Positions 11,718-23,849 of a stretch of DNA of 64,000 nt are shown here, one piece after another. The stretch is taken from positions 79,670,001 to 79,734,000 of the forward strand of contig NC_043001.1 of assembly GCF_006345805.1 (NCBI RefSeq), given 5' to 3'. The position numbers were made by a program, and so were the translations under genes. The DNA comes from Octopus sinensis. Lineage: Eukaryota. Each line of letters opens with the position of its first letter. Position 1 is the first letter of the stretch. The notes under the pieces were generated by a model. It was not told where the DNA came from. It saw only the letters and a list, made by a program, of their open reading frames with translations, and searched no databases.

Positions 11718-12151
11718 TACATATGTATACACACACACACACATATACACAAGCATGTATATATGTATGTGTCTGTGTGTGTATTACAGAAACACGCTGC
11801 AAGACGAGTGCACAGTTGGAGAGACCTTCAGAGAAAGAACACCCATCCGAGAAATGTTCCGGCCCTTAGACCTGAGACTTTACAGGAGACAGGCCCACTC
11901 AGGCCATGACACCTAGGTGTCCTTCTGTGGGTTTCCAACATCCTGTCTCCAGCAGGACTTGAAACTGGGTTATACATTTGTTCCTAGGTCTGTGTTTCAG
12001 CCCACCAGGCCGCTCTGGGTATTGCTGTAAATAGCTAATGAAATCCTTACTTATATGCGTGTGTGCGCAGACAAAAACACAGAATGAGAAAGACCACCAT
12101 GTTTTTATGCATGTGTGTGTATGCGTATGTAAGTGCCTGTGTGTGTGAAGC

Positions 12152-12217
<66 letters not shown>

Positions 12218-12224
12218 GTGTGTC

Positions 12225-12445
12225 TGTGTATGTTTATATTTGTTTGCCTCCCAACGTCGCTTGTCAGCTAATGTTGGTATCTTTATTTCGTAACTTAGCG
12301 GTTCAGCGTAACGGACCAATAGAATAATTGTCAGGCTTTAGAAGATAACTACTGAGGTCATTTCGTTCGTTGTAAATTCTTCATGGCTGTGTCTCCAGTA
12401 TGGCCTCAGCCTAATGACTGAAGCCAGTAAAAGATAAAAGATGGA
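12225..12445 (+). mobile_element. Family A SINE, 3' half
   Basis: CGCTTGTCAGCTAATGTTGG..GTAACTTAGCGGTTC..AATGACTGAAGCCAGTAAAAGA following (TG)n. Confidence 0.7.
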
Positions 12446-12528
12446 AGATGAAAGACGAAATATATATACACCATCTCACACACTTACGAATATATGGTTG
12501 TATTTGTATGTAAGCATGTATGACTTTA

Positions 12529-12560
<32 letters not shown>

Positions 12561-12836
12561 CACATTGATGATCAAGATGCTAATGAACCTACGTAGTCTA
12601 TAATTATGATGCATTTCAATTTGGAGTGAAGATCTTTATTGTGAGCAATTCGAACCTATCTTTGGAAAAGAGTGCCATAAAAGTCGCTCGGGTTATGTGA
12701 GCGTTTGTTAGAAAACATTAAATAACTTCGGGTTATCATAAGAACTGATAATTAAAATTTCACGAGGAAACTTTTCTCAAGTGATAAAAGCAATATTTCT
12801 TTCTGTTATACACACACACACACACACACACACGTC

Positions 12837-12961
12837 CAGGGTGATTCAAAAGTCACGCTACATAGGAAAAATCATTTTTTATAAGAAACAGTTAAATTTA
12901 AAAAATCTCTCTAATAAAAAAATAACTTGTTCTTATGTATGACGACTTTTGAATCCCCCTA
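12837..12961. mobile_element. ~125 bp Tc1/mariner-type MITE
   Basis: TIRs CAGGGTGATTCAAAAGTCACGCTACATAGG and (rev) AGGGGGATTCAAAAGTCGTCATACATAAG. Confidence 0.75.
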
Positions 12962-13003
12962 ATATATATATATATATATGGGGGGTGTATGTGTGTGTGT
13001 ATC

Positions 13004-13034
<31 letters not shown>

Positions 13035-13187
13035 ATATATATATGTAGCGTAGGTATGTGTGTGTGTATCATATATATATATATAGAGAGAGATTCAGAT
13101 GAATATGGTACTTATGTTGAGGCACCAGAGTTTAGTACGGTATTATCCATACAAATTCAAACTCAGATGATTAAAACCAAACTATGG

Positions 13188-13293
13188 AACAAGGATATCC
13201 AAAAGTAATGCAGTACGATCGTTTCATGTAACTCCATTTAATTGAACAATGCAATGAAACGATCGTACTGCATTACCTCTGGATAGCCTTGTT
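13188..13293. repeat. Inverted repeat with 23-bp perfect core; each arm carries a hammerhead 3' half (GAAACGATCGTA)
   Basis: GTAATGCAGTACGATCGTTTCAT (13205-13227) is the exact reverse complement of 13254-13276. Arms extend imperfectly to ~40 bp. Confidence 0.85.
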
Positions 13294-13338
13294 GCTCATT
13301 TTGATATATATATATATATATACACTGATATATATGTA

Positions 13339-13381
<43 letters not shown>

Positions 13382-13486
13382 ATATATATATAATATATAT
13401 ATATATATTTATATATACACATATATATATAATATGCATATATATATGTATATATATACATACATATATACATATGTATGTGTTTA

Positions 13487-13536
<50 letters not shown>

Positions 13537-14196
13537 TGCATTCAATATGTGTGTATGTATGTGTGTGATAGCAAAATGGCATATCTATCAGTATATGGCT
13601 TTGCAATTAGTGAAATATCTAGATCAGTATCTGATGGATCTTAAAATTTTGGACCGATAAAATATGAAGGAATGCAGAAAGTATCCTATGTATTTTTCAG
13701 TGACAAATGGAAGGATTAAGGCATTACGTCGAAAAATAATATTTTCCGTCTTTTTCAGAATGCACAAAAGCTATTACGTTCCCTTTTTGTTTATATCAGT
13801 ATAACACTATTATTATAAAACGTAAGATTTCTACAGTCAGGCCACTAGCAGAGAAACTAACTATACTAATATGCAGTGGAATTTTGGGAGCACAACAAAA
13901 TTGTAGAAATGTGAGAAAACATTTTGTCGCGTCATAATAGACAGAACTATTCATTAATAAACGAAAGTAAATAAATTAAAGAGACGTTATTTTTTCAATA
14001 TAGCTAAAATACCTCTGCCACTGTGTAATTATTTAAGCTTCTACACAAAATCTCAGACCATGTCATTTGCCAAAATTCAATATCTATCGAAGAATAAATA
14101 TTATATATTTCTTGAAACTTGTATTCTGAGGAAAATATCTATAACCAAAGATAATGTGGTGTTTAGTGTGTATCGGTTATTTTTAACGAGCCAATT

Positions 14197-14554
14197 TAAG
14201 GCGATGGCTTGGCAGAATCGTTATACATAGGGCAAAGTGCTCAGCGGCATTTCGTCCGTCCTTATGTCCTGAGTCCAAATTCCGGTGCGGTCGTCTTTGC
14301 CTTTTAACATTTCCAGATCGATAAAATAAGTACCAGTTGTGTACTGGAGTCGATGTAATCATTTGACTGCGGCCATGCTGGAGCACCGCCTTTAGTCGAG
14401 CAAATCAACCCCCAGGATTTATTCTTTGTAAGTACTTTTTCTATCGGTCTATTTTGCCGAACCGCTACGTTATGGGGACGTATGCACACCATCACCGGTT
14501 GTCAAGCGATGTTGTTGTGGTGGTGGGACACAAGTACAAACACACACACACATG

Positions 14555-14629
<75 letters not shown>

Positions 14630-14798
14630 GTATATATATACAACGAGCTTCTTTCAGTTTCTATCTACCAAATCCAATCACAAAGGTTTGGGTGGCTTGA
14701 GGCTATAGTAGAAGACACCTTCCGAAGGTCCCACGCATGGGACTGAACCCAGAACCTTGTGGTTGGTAAGCAAGCTACATACCACGCAGCCACTCCTG
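14197..14798. mobile_element. Family B SINE (+, 14197-14360) abutting a family A SINE (-, 14360-14798)
   Basis: B head and core stop at GTCGATGTAATC. Then comes the reverse complement of family A from the tail (ATTTGACTGCGGCCATGCTGG) to the head (ACCACGCAGCCACTCCTG). Confidence 0.85.
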
Positions 14799-14827
14799 AA
14801 AGGTATGCAACCATTATATACTATAAC

Positions 14828-15225
14828 CTTTTCTAGTCTAGGCACGCGGCCCAAAATTTTGGGGGAGGGGGCCATTCGATTAGATCGACCTCAGCACGCA
14901 ACTGGTACTTAATTTAACGATCCCGAAAGGATGAAAGACAAAGTCGACCTGGGTGGAATTTCAACTCAGAATGTAAATGCAGACGAAATACCTATTTCTT
15001 TACTATCCAGAAGGGGCTTTTCACACAGAGGACAAACAAGGACAGACAAACGGATTAAGGCGATTATATCGACCCCAATGCGTAGCTGGTGCTTATTTAA
15101 TCGACCCCGAAAGGATGAAAGGCAAACTCGACCTCGACGGAATTTGAACTGAGAACGTAGCGGCAGACGAAATACCCCTAAGCATTTCGCCCGGCGTGAT
15201 AACGTTTCTGCCAGCTCGCCACCTT
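14828..15225 (-). mobile_element. Dimeric family B SINE (long-tail monomer + headless short-tail monomer) with TSD
   Basis: Two cores in tandem, junction TAAAGAAATAGGTATTTCGTCTG. ATATACTATAAC is duplicated at 14816-14827 and 15230-15241. Confidence 0.85.
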
Positions 15226-15289
15226 CATAATATACTATAACGTGCATAAAATATTTCTATTAGCCACTACCACGTTCTTCTGCGTTAGC

Positions 15290-15960
15290 TATGCTGTTTA
15301 CATTATTTTTGTCAAAAGTATTTCAACTGTAATTATAGACATCATTGAATTTTTTGCTACAAGGTTTTGTATCGAGATGTCAAATGTAAACAAACAACGA
15401 GATCAAAAAAATTGCTAATGAGTTTATATGCCATATTTCGGGGATTTGCCCTTTCATTAGCACCAATCTAACTTACTTTCCCGCCCGAAACGATGCAAAA
15501 CGTTATAGCAAACAGACAGTGCTGGCTATGATTTCTCTAGAAATAAATTCAACAAAATAGTGTAAGAGCACTGCTAACACAGTAGAACATGATGATGACT
15601 TATAAAAATATCTAATATTCTTTATAGTATATTATAATTGCATAACGAAATACCACACGCCTACAAATCATTAATGTTTTCATGCCAGCTCCAAGAATGC
15701 GTTTAATATGTAAATTGGTATATCCAATAACTTAACACCACTGTATGTAGTGGCTGTATTAGCAATGTGTCTGGAGGCGAGAATGGGTTAGATGGGTCAT
15801 AATGAAGGGACAAAAATCCCCGAAATATTGCATATACACTCTTGACCCACTTACAATATTTTCTTTATATCTGACGTCTCGATACGAACCATTGTAGCAA
15901 TAAATCGTTGTTGGCTATAATTTCGATAGAAATAACCTTTGAATAAAGAAATGTATAATG
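15290..15960. mobile_element. Old foldback element with long diverged inverted arms
   Basis: Reverse complement of 15421-15470 (TAGATTGGTGCTAATGAAAGGGCAAATCCCCGAAATATGGCATATAAACT) matches 15789-15840. Similarity continues outward (ATCTCGATACAAAACCTTGTAGCAA vs GTCTCGATACGAACCATTGTAGCAA). Confidence 0.65.
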
Positions 15961-15977
15961 ATCATGATGTATACAAT

Positions 15978-16107
15978 TGCTTCCTAATCACAGGGTTCCG
16001 ATTTCAGTCCCACTGCGTGGCACCTTTGACAAGTGTCTTCTACTATAGCCTCGGTCCGACCAAAGCCCTGTGGGTGGATATGGTTGAGGGAAACTGAAAT
16101 AAGCCTG

Positions 16108-16205
<98 letters not shown>

Positions 16206-16606
16206 TGTGTGTGTGTGTGTATTATGTGCGTGTGTCTTTGCATCTGTGTTTGCCGATCCCTTACCGCTTGACAACCGCTGTTGCTCTGTTTACCTACCCG
16301 TAACGCAGCAGTTCGTCATTAGAGACTGATAGAGTAAATAAAAGTCTAAAAGATTAGTCTTCGGGTCAATTTGCTCGACTAAAACCCTGCATGGCCGCAG
16401 TCAAATAAATGACACAATTAAAAGAATACATATATGTACAGGACAGTTTTCGTCACTGTTTCCGTCTACAAAAATCCACTCTCACGGTTTTGGTCAGCCT
16501 GGGGCTATAAGAGAAAGCAGATGCCTGAGATGCAGCAAAATACAATTTAGCATAAAATCATATTGCTGCTAAACGAGCCACTTAATCTCACGGCTACTCC
16601 TGCACC
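15978..16606. mobile_element. Family A SINE (+, 15978-16428) followed by a decayed family A 5' half (-, ~16445-16606)
   Basis: Collinear matches to other family A copies in both orientations. Confidence 0.75.
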
Positions 16607-17184
16607 AAATATCAGAGTATCTTTAAAAAAAAAAGTGATAATTTCAATGAATATAAAATAAGATTTTATATATTACAAAAATAAAGAATGGAGTGATAAT
16701 ATTAAAAGATCGATAGTTAATTGACTTCGTCGACTACTTCACAGGGGAGCAATGCCGGGATACAAATGGAGGGACAGTCCGCATCTTTGATCAGTAGTCT
16801 ATTACTTTACTGACTTGAACAGCAAGTGAGTCGTGTGCTATGAGTTTCATAAAATATTGATGCAGACATACATATTATTGAAACCCTAAATAATATATGA
16901 GTTACCGATCTGTACTATTCTGTACATTGATATGATAAAGTATTAATCGATACGTTGTATGGAGGAGAAGGATGGAGTTAGAGGCAGTCTGGTATTTCTC
17001 AGTCTCAATATACACTTTCAACTTTTGCCCGCCAAATAAATGTCTACCCGGTATATTGCAATACACAGCACACAACACAGATAACCTTTAATAGATATTT
17101 TCGCGCTATTCTTCTCTCGTTCTCCATATTTGTTTCTTCCTTTCACCATTTTATTCTTTCTTTCAATATTTTTATATCATTGTT

Positions 17185-17197
17185 ATTCTTGTTGTTG

Positions 17198-17276
<79 letters not shown>

Positions 17277-17279
17277 TAC

Positions 17280-17316
<37 letters not shown>

Positions 17317-17339
17317 ATTATTATTATTATTATTACTAC

Positions 17340-17377
<38 letters not shown>

Positions 17378-17395
17378 CTACTATTATTATTATTA

Positions 17396-17435
<40 letters not shown>

Positions 17436-17510
17436 AAAGGAATCATCATCATCATCATCATCATCATTATCATCATCGTCATTTGCTGCTGTTATTGTTG
17501 TTGTTGTATC
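17185..17510. repeat. Compound trinucleotide microsatellite (TTG)(TTA)n(CAT)n
   Basis: Direct reading. Confidence 0.95.
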
Positions 17511-18761
17511 ATATCTTTTACCAATTTTATTAAGAGAGTAACCTCAATCATTTTAGCTCCCCTTACCTTGGTAAACTAAAAAGAACTTTCTAGAGTTCAT
17601 ATTGCTTTATATTGCTTGTTTGGTCTATGACTACCACAAGAGATTACTCTAATCTATAGGGAGTTACTGCTTTCGTTCTTCTTTATTTGCTTGTTAGTTT
17701 TCCTCCTCTCCCCCTCTCTCCCCCTCTCTCTCCGACTCGTAGTAGATATGTGTTGCTTTTTTAAGAATGGAAAGGAAAGAAAAACATACTAAGGTATAAA
17801 CTCATAAATATCTACGAAAATAATTGGAAAAAATATAGTAAAAACACATTTAGAAAAAATAAAAACAAGAAATTATACACTGACGGTTTCTACTTCTTTT
17901 ATCTTTATTTTTATTTTATAATAGTACATTTTATTTTTGTTCTACAGCTATCAACATACATTTATAAACACCTACAGGGTATTTCATTTAGCAAAATTAA
18001 TTGCTTTATTGTTATATTTTTTCAACACCATAACACATATTCATTTCACCACCATAACATAATTATAATATATCTATCACAGTCGCCGTAACAACTCTCA
18101 CAAAACCGCCATTTTTATTTTCCACAAAATTTAACGACTTCCATGTATCCATACATAGTTTTTCCTTCTTTTCGCTCTTCTTTGTAGAAAAAAAAATATT
18201 TCTACTAACCCCATGTATGTTGCTTTTTGTTTCATTAAAGCCACTAGCCAGGTGTTGGTATCTGTCTCTCCGTACCTAATTAATTTTCAATAATTCCATG
18301 AAATTCTCTTCCATACGAATATATTTACATTTTCGTCTTCTCCTTCTCTTCGATCTTCTCCCACTCGAACACAGACTTTACTTGAAGGCTATCTCTAACT
18401 TCAATTATATCAGTCTGCGTTCCTTCATTTAATCAAACAAATATAAAGAGTAGTAGTAGTAGTAGTAGTATTTGTTACTGTAGTTCTGTAGATAGTGGAA
18501 ATAGTTGTAGAAGCCCTTTAGCTGAATGCTTTATTGAGATGTGATGTTTTGTATCTTTTCTGGATTCACTTCTTACAGTAGCTTTCTGAATGAGTCGGTA
18601 TGTGCCAGCATGCGTTTCTCTGTGTGTGCGTGTTTGTGTGTGTGTGTGTGGGGGGGGGGTCTTTGCACGTGTATGTGAATGAGGGGATTCCCAGCAAAAT
18701 ATACGCATACATAAATTTCCTTCCTTCTCTTTCTATGTATGTATGTATGTATGTACGTATG

Positions 18762-18792
<31 letters not shown>

Positions 18793-18799
18793 ATATATA

Positions 18800-18855
<56 letters not shown>

Positions 18856-18972
18856 ATATATATACATACATACATACATACCTACATACATACATACATG
18901 CGTACATACATACATACATACATACATACATACATACATACATACATACATACATACATACATTCATACATT

Positions 18973-19837
18973 CAGGGTGTGTGAAAAGTAAATACGCATT
19001 AAAAATTGGTCATTAAGTCCATGTTCCTTTTACAAATTTATTGAAACAAGTGGTAAATGTTCTTTATTACACGGGAAAATGAAAGTAAATCTTCATATTT
19101 CAAAGTAAGCACCGGTGGCTTTTAAATATGGCCAGCTTCCTCAAACGGCTAGGGATTGAGTGAACAAACCTTCTGAAGAACGTCGTCTGGGATAATCATT
19201 GAGAACCTCCTGAATCTGTGTCCCCAAGTCCTCCAGTGTGTGAAATTTTGTCCTGTACACCTCTTTTGTGTAACTCCACAGGTAAAAATCATATGGAGTG
19301 AGATCTGGACTTCTGGACTTCTGCGGTCACAGTCTTCAGGATTTAGCTGTTGCACGTAATGGGGTTTCCACAGACAAAAATTGAATACTTTATGCAACAC
19401 CGTACGTATTGTGTATCTTGTTAGTCCATTTTCTCGAGTTACTTGACGGGTTCATTTTCGCGGTGTACAATTAGACATTTCCTGTACTGTTACCACGATC
19501 TCAACTGATCGGGATGTGGTTGAACAGTCAATTCTTGAATCGTTCACAGAGCCTCTGGTCATCAGATTTGCATGACAACTTTTAATTCCCACGATGTAGT
19601 GTTGCATACTTAACTTTCCATGCACACCACCATCTCTGAACCAAAACAATGGAATTCCACACTTCATAGCTTGCTGCTTTCTTACCTCGCCCCTGAACAG
19701 TCAAATGACCAGCCATGTGAAAAATAAGAAATAAGACAAATTAGAAAATAAAAAAAAAATTGTTTTCGTCATGACTTCAGTGATATTAAAATTTCTATAA
19801 GCAATTTCTAATGCCTTGTTACTTTCCACCCACACTG
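18973..19837 (-). mobile_element. Internally deleted rosa/DD41D-like Tc1/mariner element
   Basis: TIRs CAGGGTGTGTGAAAAGTAAATACGCATTAAAAATTG and (rev) CAGTGTGGGTGGAAAGTAACAAGGCATTAGAAATTG. Motif LWKPHYVQQLNPEDCDRR is joined directly to SPDLTPYDFYLWSY, so the first two catalytic motifs are deleted. Confidence 0.85.
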
Positions 19838-19844
19838 TATATAT

Positions 19845-19889
<45 letters not shown>

Positions 19890-19896
<7 letters not shown>

Positions 19897-21111
19897 GCAG
19901 GAAGTAAATAGACACATTTACTTTTCAAAATATTTTATTTAATACGCAAAGCGAACAATTGAAATGTAATCGAATGGTAGGACTACATACTTTAGTATTT
20001 AGTTGACATTCCCTTTGCAGTTTTTAATTCAGAGTCTCTTTTTGGCATTGAACTGATGAGCTTTGTGATTGTCTCTTGTGGAATTTCTGCCCACTTTTCA
20101 TCTTTAGATGTAGGTTTCTGTCGAGTTTTTCGTATAGCTCTATCTAGTATTCTCCAAAGATTTTCAATTGGGTTCATGTCAGGAGATTAGCTCGGCCAAG
20201 GAAGCTTTTTGATCCCATTTTCAGTCAACCATTGTTGATTCCCATCTTCCACGTATAAAAGCTCATTTTTCGTTATGTTATCGTGTGAATACAACTAAAG
20301 TAGTCCTTGCTTAAGTATTTCAATGTATATTTCAGGGTTTATGATTCCAACACATTCGATCAGCTGAGAACGACCATTGCTGGTGACAGCTCCCCATACC
20401 ATTACAGAGATACTGCTATGCTCCACAGTTGGTTGGAGTCGTTTCAAATCAAATTCTTGATTGGGAAGCCTCCAGACCCAAACACATGCACTGTCTGAAA
20501 ATTATGCAAATCTGCATTCATCTAAGAAAATCACTCTATGTCAAAGTGAACTGGATTGTTCTGATATCTCCTCAGCCCATTTCTTTCTTTTCATCATATT
20601 AATTAGTTGAAGGAGAGGTTTTCTTCTAGCTGCTCGTCCATAATATCCAAGCTTATGCAGATATGTAACACACATTCTTGGACTAACTTCAAGCTGCTTT
20701 GCAATGTCAGAAGCCTTCAAGCAAGGTTCGTTTTCCACAATTCTCTTCAAACAGCGAAGCTTCCTTTCCGAGGGCCCAGGTCGGCTGGGTTGAGAATCTG
20801 TTGATTCCTGTCCTTGACTTTTGAATTGCACTATAATTCTATTAACAGCAGCAAGAGGAATTTGAAGATTTCCGGCGATATTTCGCTGGATAAGACCATC
20901 CTCAGATTGCCCAACAATACGACTTCTTTGAAAATCTGACTGTTCTGCTGAATTTTTTGTGCGTGCCATGGTTACTCTTCAAAATATAATGGTACCTGGA
21001 ATGAAAAAGAATAATTACGTTGTAAATTCTACACCGCTGAAAACATATTAAGACGCTTAATGGGAAAATTAATTTGAAAATTAAAGGTGTCTCTTTACCT
21101 CCTGCATATCT
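19890..21111 (-). mobile_element. Near full-length Tc1 (DD34E) element
   Basis: TIRs AGACATGCAGGAAGTAAATAGACACATTTACTTTTCAA and (rev) AGATATGCAGGAGGTAAAGAGACACCTTTAATTTTCAA enclose a transposase relic. Confidence 0.9.
19992..20969 (-). pseudogene. Tc1 transposase pseudogene
   Basis: MARTKN..HTH region, ARRKPLL, VIFLDECRF, WPS*SPDMNPIENLW, KGMSTKY*. Contains stops, frameshifts and a deletion. Confidence 0.9.
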
Positions 21112-21179
21112 ATGTATATATATATTCGCTCAAATCATTTACAATGCTGAGCCGCTGAAATCTACAAGTTTTTTTCATT

Positions 21180-21330
21180 CTCTGTCTGTTTTTCTCTTAT
21201 TCCTTTCTAATGAAGAGTGTAGGCACGAAACGTAAAATATTTTTTCATTCTCCCGAGCGTCAAACTAATACATTTGCTTGTTGCTCATACACCTCTCTTC
21301 ATCTTTTGTTTTGCTATAAACTTCAACTAT
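21180..21330 (+). mobile_element. Short Penelope-terminus-like repeat with a degenerate minimal hammerhead motif (copy 2)
   Basis: CTAATGAAGAGTGTAGGCACGAAACGTAAAA at 21207-21237. Downstream CGTCAAACTAA..ATACACCT..CTTTTGTTTT matches 4720-4800. Confidence 0.55.
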
Positions 21331-21334
21331 ATAT

Positions 21335-21490
21335 ATTCTTTTACTTGTTTCAGTCATTTGACTGTGGCCATGCTGGGGTACCACCTTTAGTCGAAAAAAA
21401 AATCGACCTCAGGACTTATTCTTTGTAAGCCTAGTACTTATTTTATCGATTTCTTTTGCTGAACTGCTACGTTACGGGGACGTAAACACA
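21335..21490 (-). mobile_element. Family A SINE, 3' half
   Basis: TTCTTTTACTTGTTTCAGTCATTTGACTGTGGCCATGCTGG..GTTACGGGGACGTAAACAC. Confidence 0.85.
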
Positions 21491-21493
21491 TGC

Positions 21494-21541
<48 letters not shown>

Positions 21542-21847
21542 TTTTAATATGGTGTAAATTTAGAGCATTTCTAGAGAAGCACTGAACCCGAATTCCTGGC
21601 TGTCAACACCGAATGCCGAAATTCTTTAAGTGTAGGAAATCCTACTTTCACGATCGTAATAGCGTTCTGTGGGTTTAGCAAAGACTAAATTATAAAGCAA
21701 ATAATAACAAAACAGAAAAATTCTTTAACACATCATTAACTGTCTCTGCACCAACCCTATTTGGAACGACAGATTTGGGATTACACACACACACACACAC
21801 ACAAACACACAAATACATATTCATGTGTGTATGTATATATACATAGA

Positions 21848-21902
<55 letters not shown>

Positions 21903-22034
21903 ATGTGTGGAAGCACAGTGTCATATGATAGAGTGTTGCACTCTCGATCTTAAGATTGTAGTCTTGACTGCTGAAACTCAGCAATGCTTCTGGCTCCTCA
22001 GCAAAACACTTCACGTTGCTCCGGACCACAGAGG

Positions 22035-22086
<52 letters not shown>

Positions 22087-22304
22087 ACACACACACATGC
22101 ACACGCACACATATATACGGCAATAAGAATATTGAGGGGATCAAGAGATGGTATTCGTCAAAGTTTAGACTTTATATTATGTTTATTTATTTAAAAATAA
22201 AAACAATTATAACAATATACATACATGTATAACATTATGCTTTACATATATAAAAATATCAGTAATTATTTAAATATATAATGTAGAACATAGAAAGTAG
22301 AATA

Positions 22305-22430
22305 GTTTCTTACAGCTGTTTCAGCCAAGAGGTCATAGTACCCCACTTTACTTCCATTCCTTCAGTGAACTGAAGTATTTGGTAGGTAAAATTAAGGTAC
22401 TTGCGTGTGTCTCTGGGCTTCGTCAGAGAG
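22305..22430 (-). ncRNA. Type I hammerhead ribozyme motif with 97-nt rod-like stem II
   Basis: Minus strand: TCT-CTGACGA-[AGCCCAGAG..AGTACC..TTTAC..CTTCAG TTCA CTGAAG..GTAAA..GGTACT..CTCTTGGCT]-GAAA-CAGCTG-TA-AGA. Intact core, palindromic helix III, GUA triplet. Confidence 0.75.
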
Positions 22431-23401
22431 TTTAGAAAGTTCATAAGGTTAAGTTATAAATATAAATACACACATATATACACATATATACACACTATGT
22501 ATATGTATACAACGGAATCATATATATATATAGGAAGAGAGAGAGATGCATGCATACACATATACATACATACATACATACATACATACAGTGATTTGTA
22601 TACATACACTCGCAGGCGGACACATACACACACATATGTATAGAACATTCTAGGTGTGCGAATTTGTTTCTACAAATACCAGTAAAATACTGAGGGTGGA
22701 CCTTCTTCGATTTATACCCTAACAACTAAGCTTGAGGCTTTTTAACTACGTATCGTATAAGAATTTCTATGATACTATAACTTCATTCACTGCAACCAGG
22801 TGGCGGTTTTCATCTTAAAACTTTAGAAGTATTTCCTCTCTTCACAATGAAGCTTCACCTGTCTATAGAAATGGAGTTCCATTACTTTGTATGTGTATGC
22901 GCGTATGTGTTTGTGCGAGTGTGTTTGTGAGCGTACGTATGCGTATATACACGCGTGTGTGTATGTGTGTGTATTTAAAATAAGCTTAACGCTTCAACGA
23001 CTTGGTTATTTCTCAACATTGAATTTTAGTTTTTCCGTTTCCTGTTTGAACCAATCTATTTTTCGAAGTTTAACCTTCAGTGACTTCCAGTCAGCTTTGA
23101 AAAGATCAGATTCCGAGAGCGGAAATTTGTATGTTTTATGGGGTTATGGATTTCAATTGTAGAATTATAGAACGTTTCTCTAATTTATATATTAAGAACT
23201 CAATTATTCTATGGCCTGAAATTACGAGGCTAGGAAATTAACGAACGGAGAATATGACATCAAAGAAAAGGCTAGAAGATAAGCAAGAACTTGGAACGAA
23301 ATATGGAAAAATGTTCAACAGAATTTAAATCTGATAATCGTGCGTGTGTTTGTGTATGTGTGTGCGTGATGTGGTTGATCATATACATATATATATATAT
23401 A

Positions 23402-23766
23402 GGCATATGCGTGGCAGTTTGGTAAGAAGCGGGGTTCCCAACCACATAGTTCCGAATTCACTCCACTGTCCACGGCGTCGCATCTTAGGCATTTGTCTTC
23501 TGCTACAGCTGCGGGTCGACCAAAGCCTTGTGAGTAGATTTCATAGACAGAAACTAAAAGGAGCTTGTTAGGCATATATATTTATATGTGTCTTTGTGTC
23601 TGTGTTCTCTTCTCCCTCCACCCACCCCCTGGTTGACAACAAGAGATTGATAGAATGAGTAGCATCCTTAAGAAAATTTACGGCAGGCGACGCATTCGAC
23701 AAAAATTCTTCAAGTCGGTGCCTCAGTGTGGCCGCAGGTCTAATAACTGATACAAGTAAGAGATAA
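23402..23766 (+). mobile_element. Family A SINE
   Basis: Head GTGGCAGTTTGGTAAGAAGC, CGACCAAAGCCTTGTGAGTAGATTT, tail TGGCCGCAGGTCTAATAACTGATACAAGTAAGAGA. Confidence 0.8.
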
Positions 23767-23791
23767 CATATATATATATATATATATATAT

Positions 23792-23849
<58 letters not shown>

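Noticed and set aside
17555-17590. Possible 9-nt microexon on the minus strand (TTTTTAG|TTTACCAAG|GTAAG)
   Set aside because: Short pyrimidine tract and no independent support. Expected by chance.
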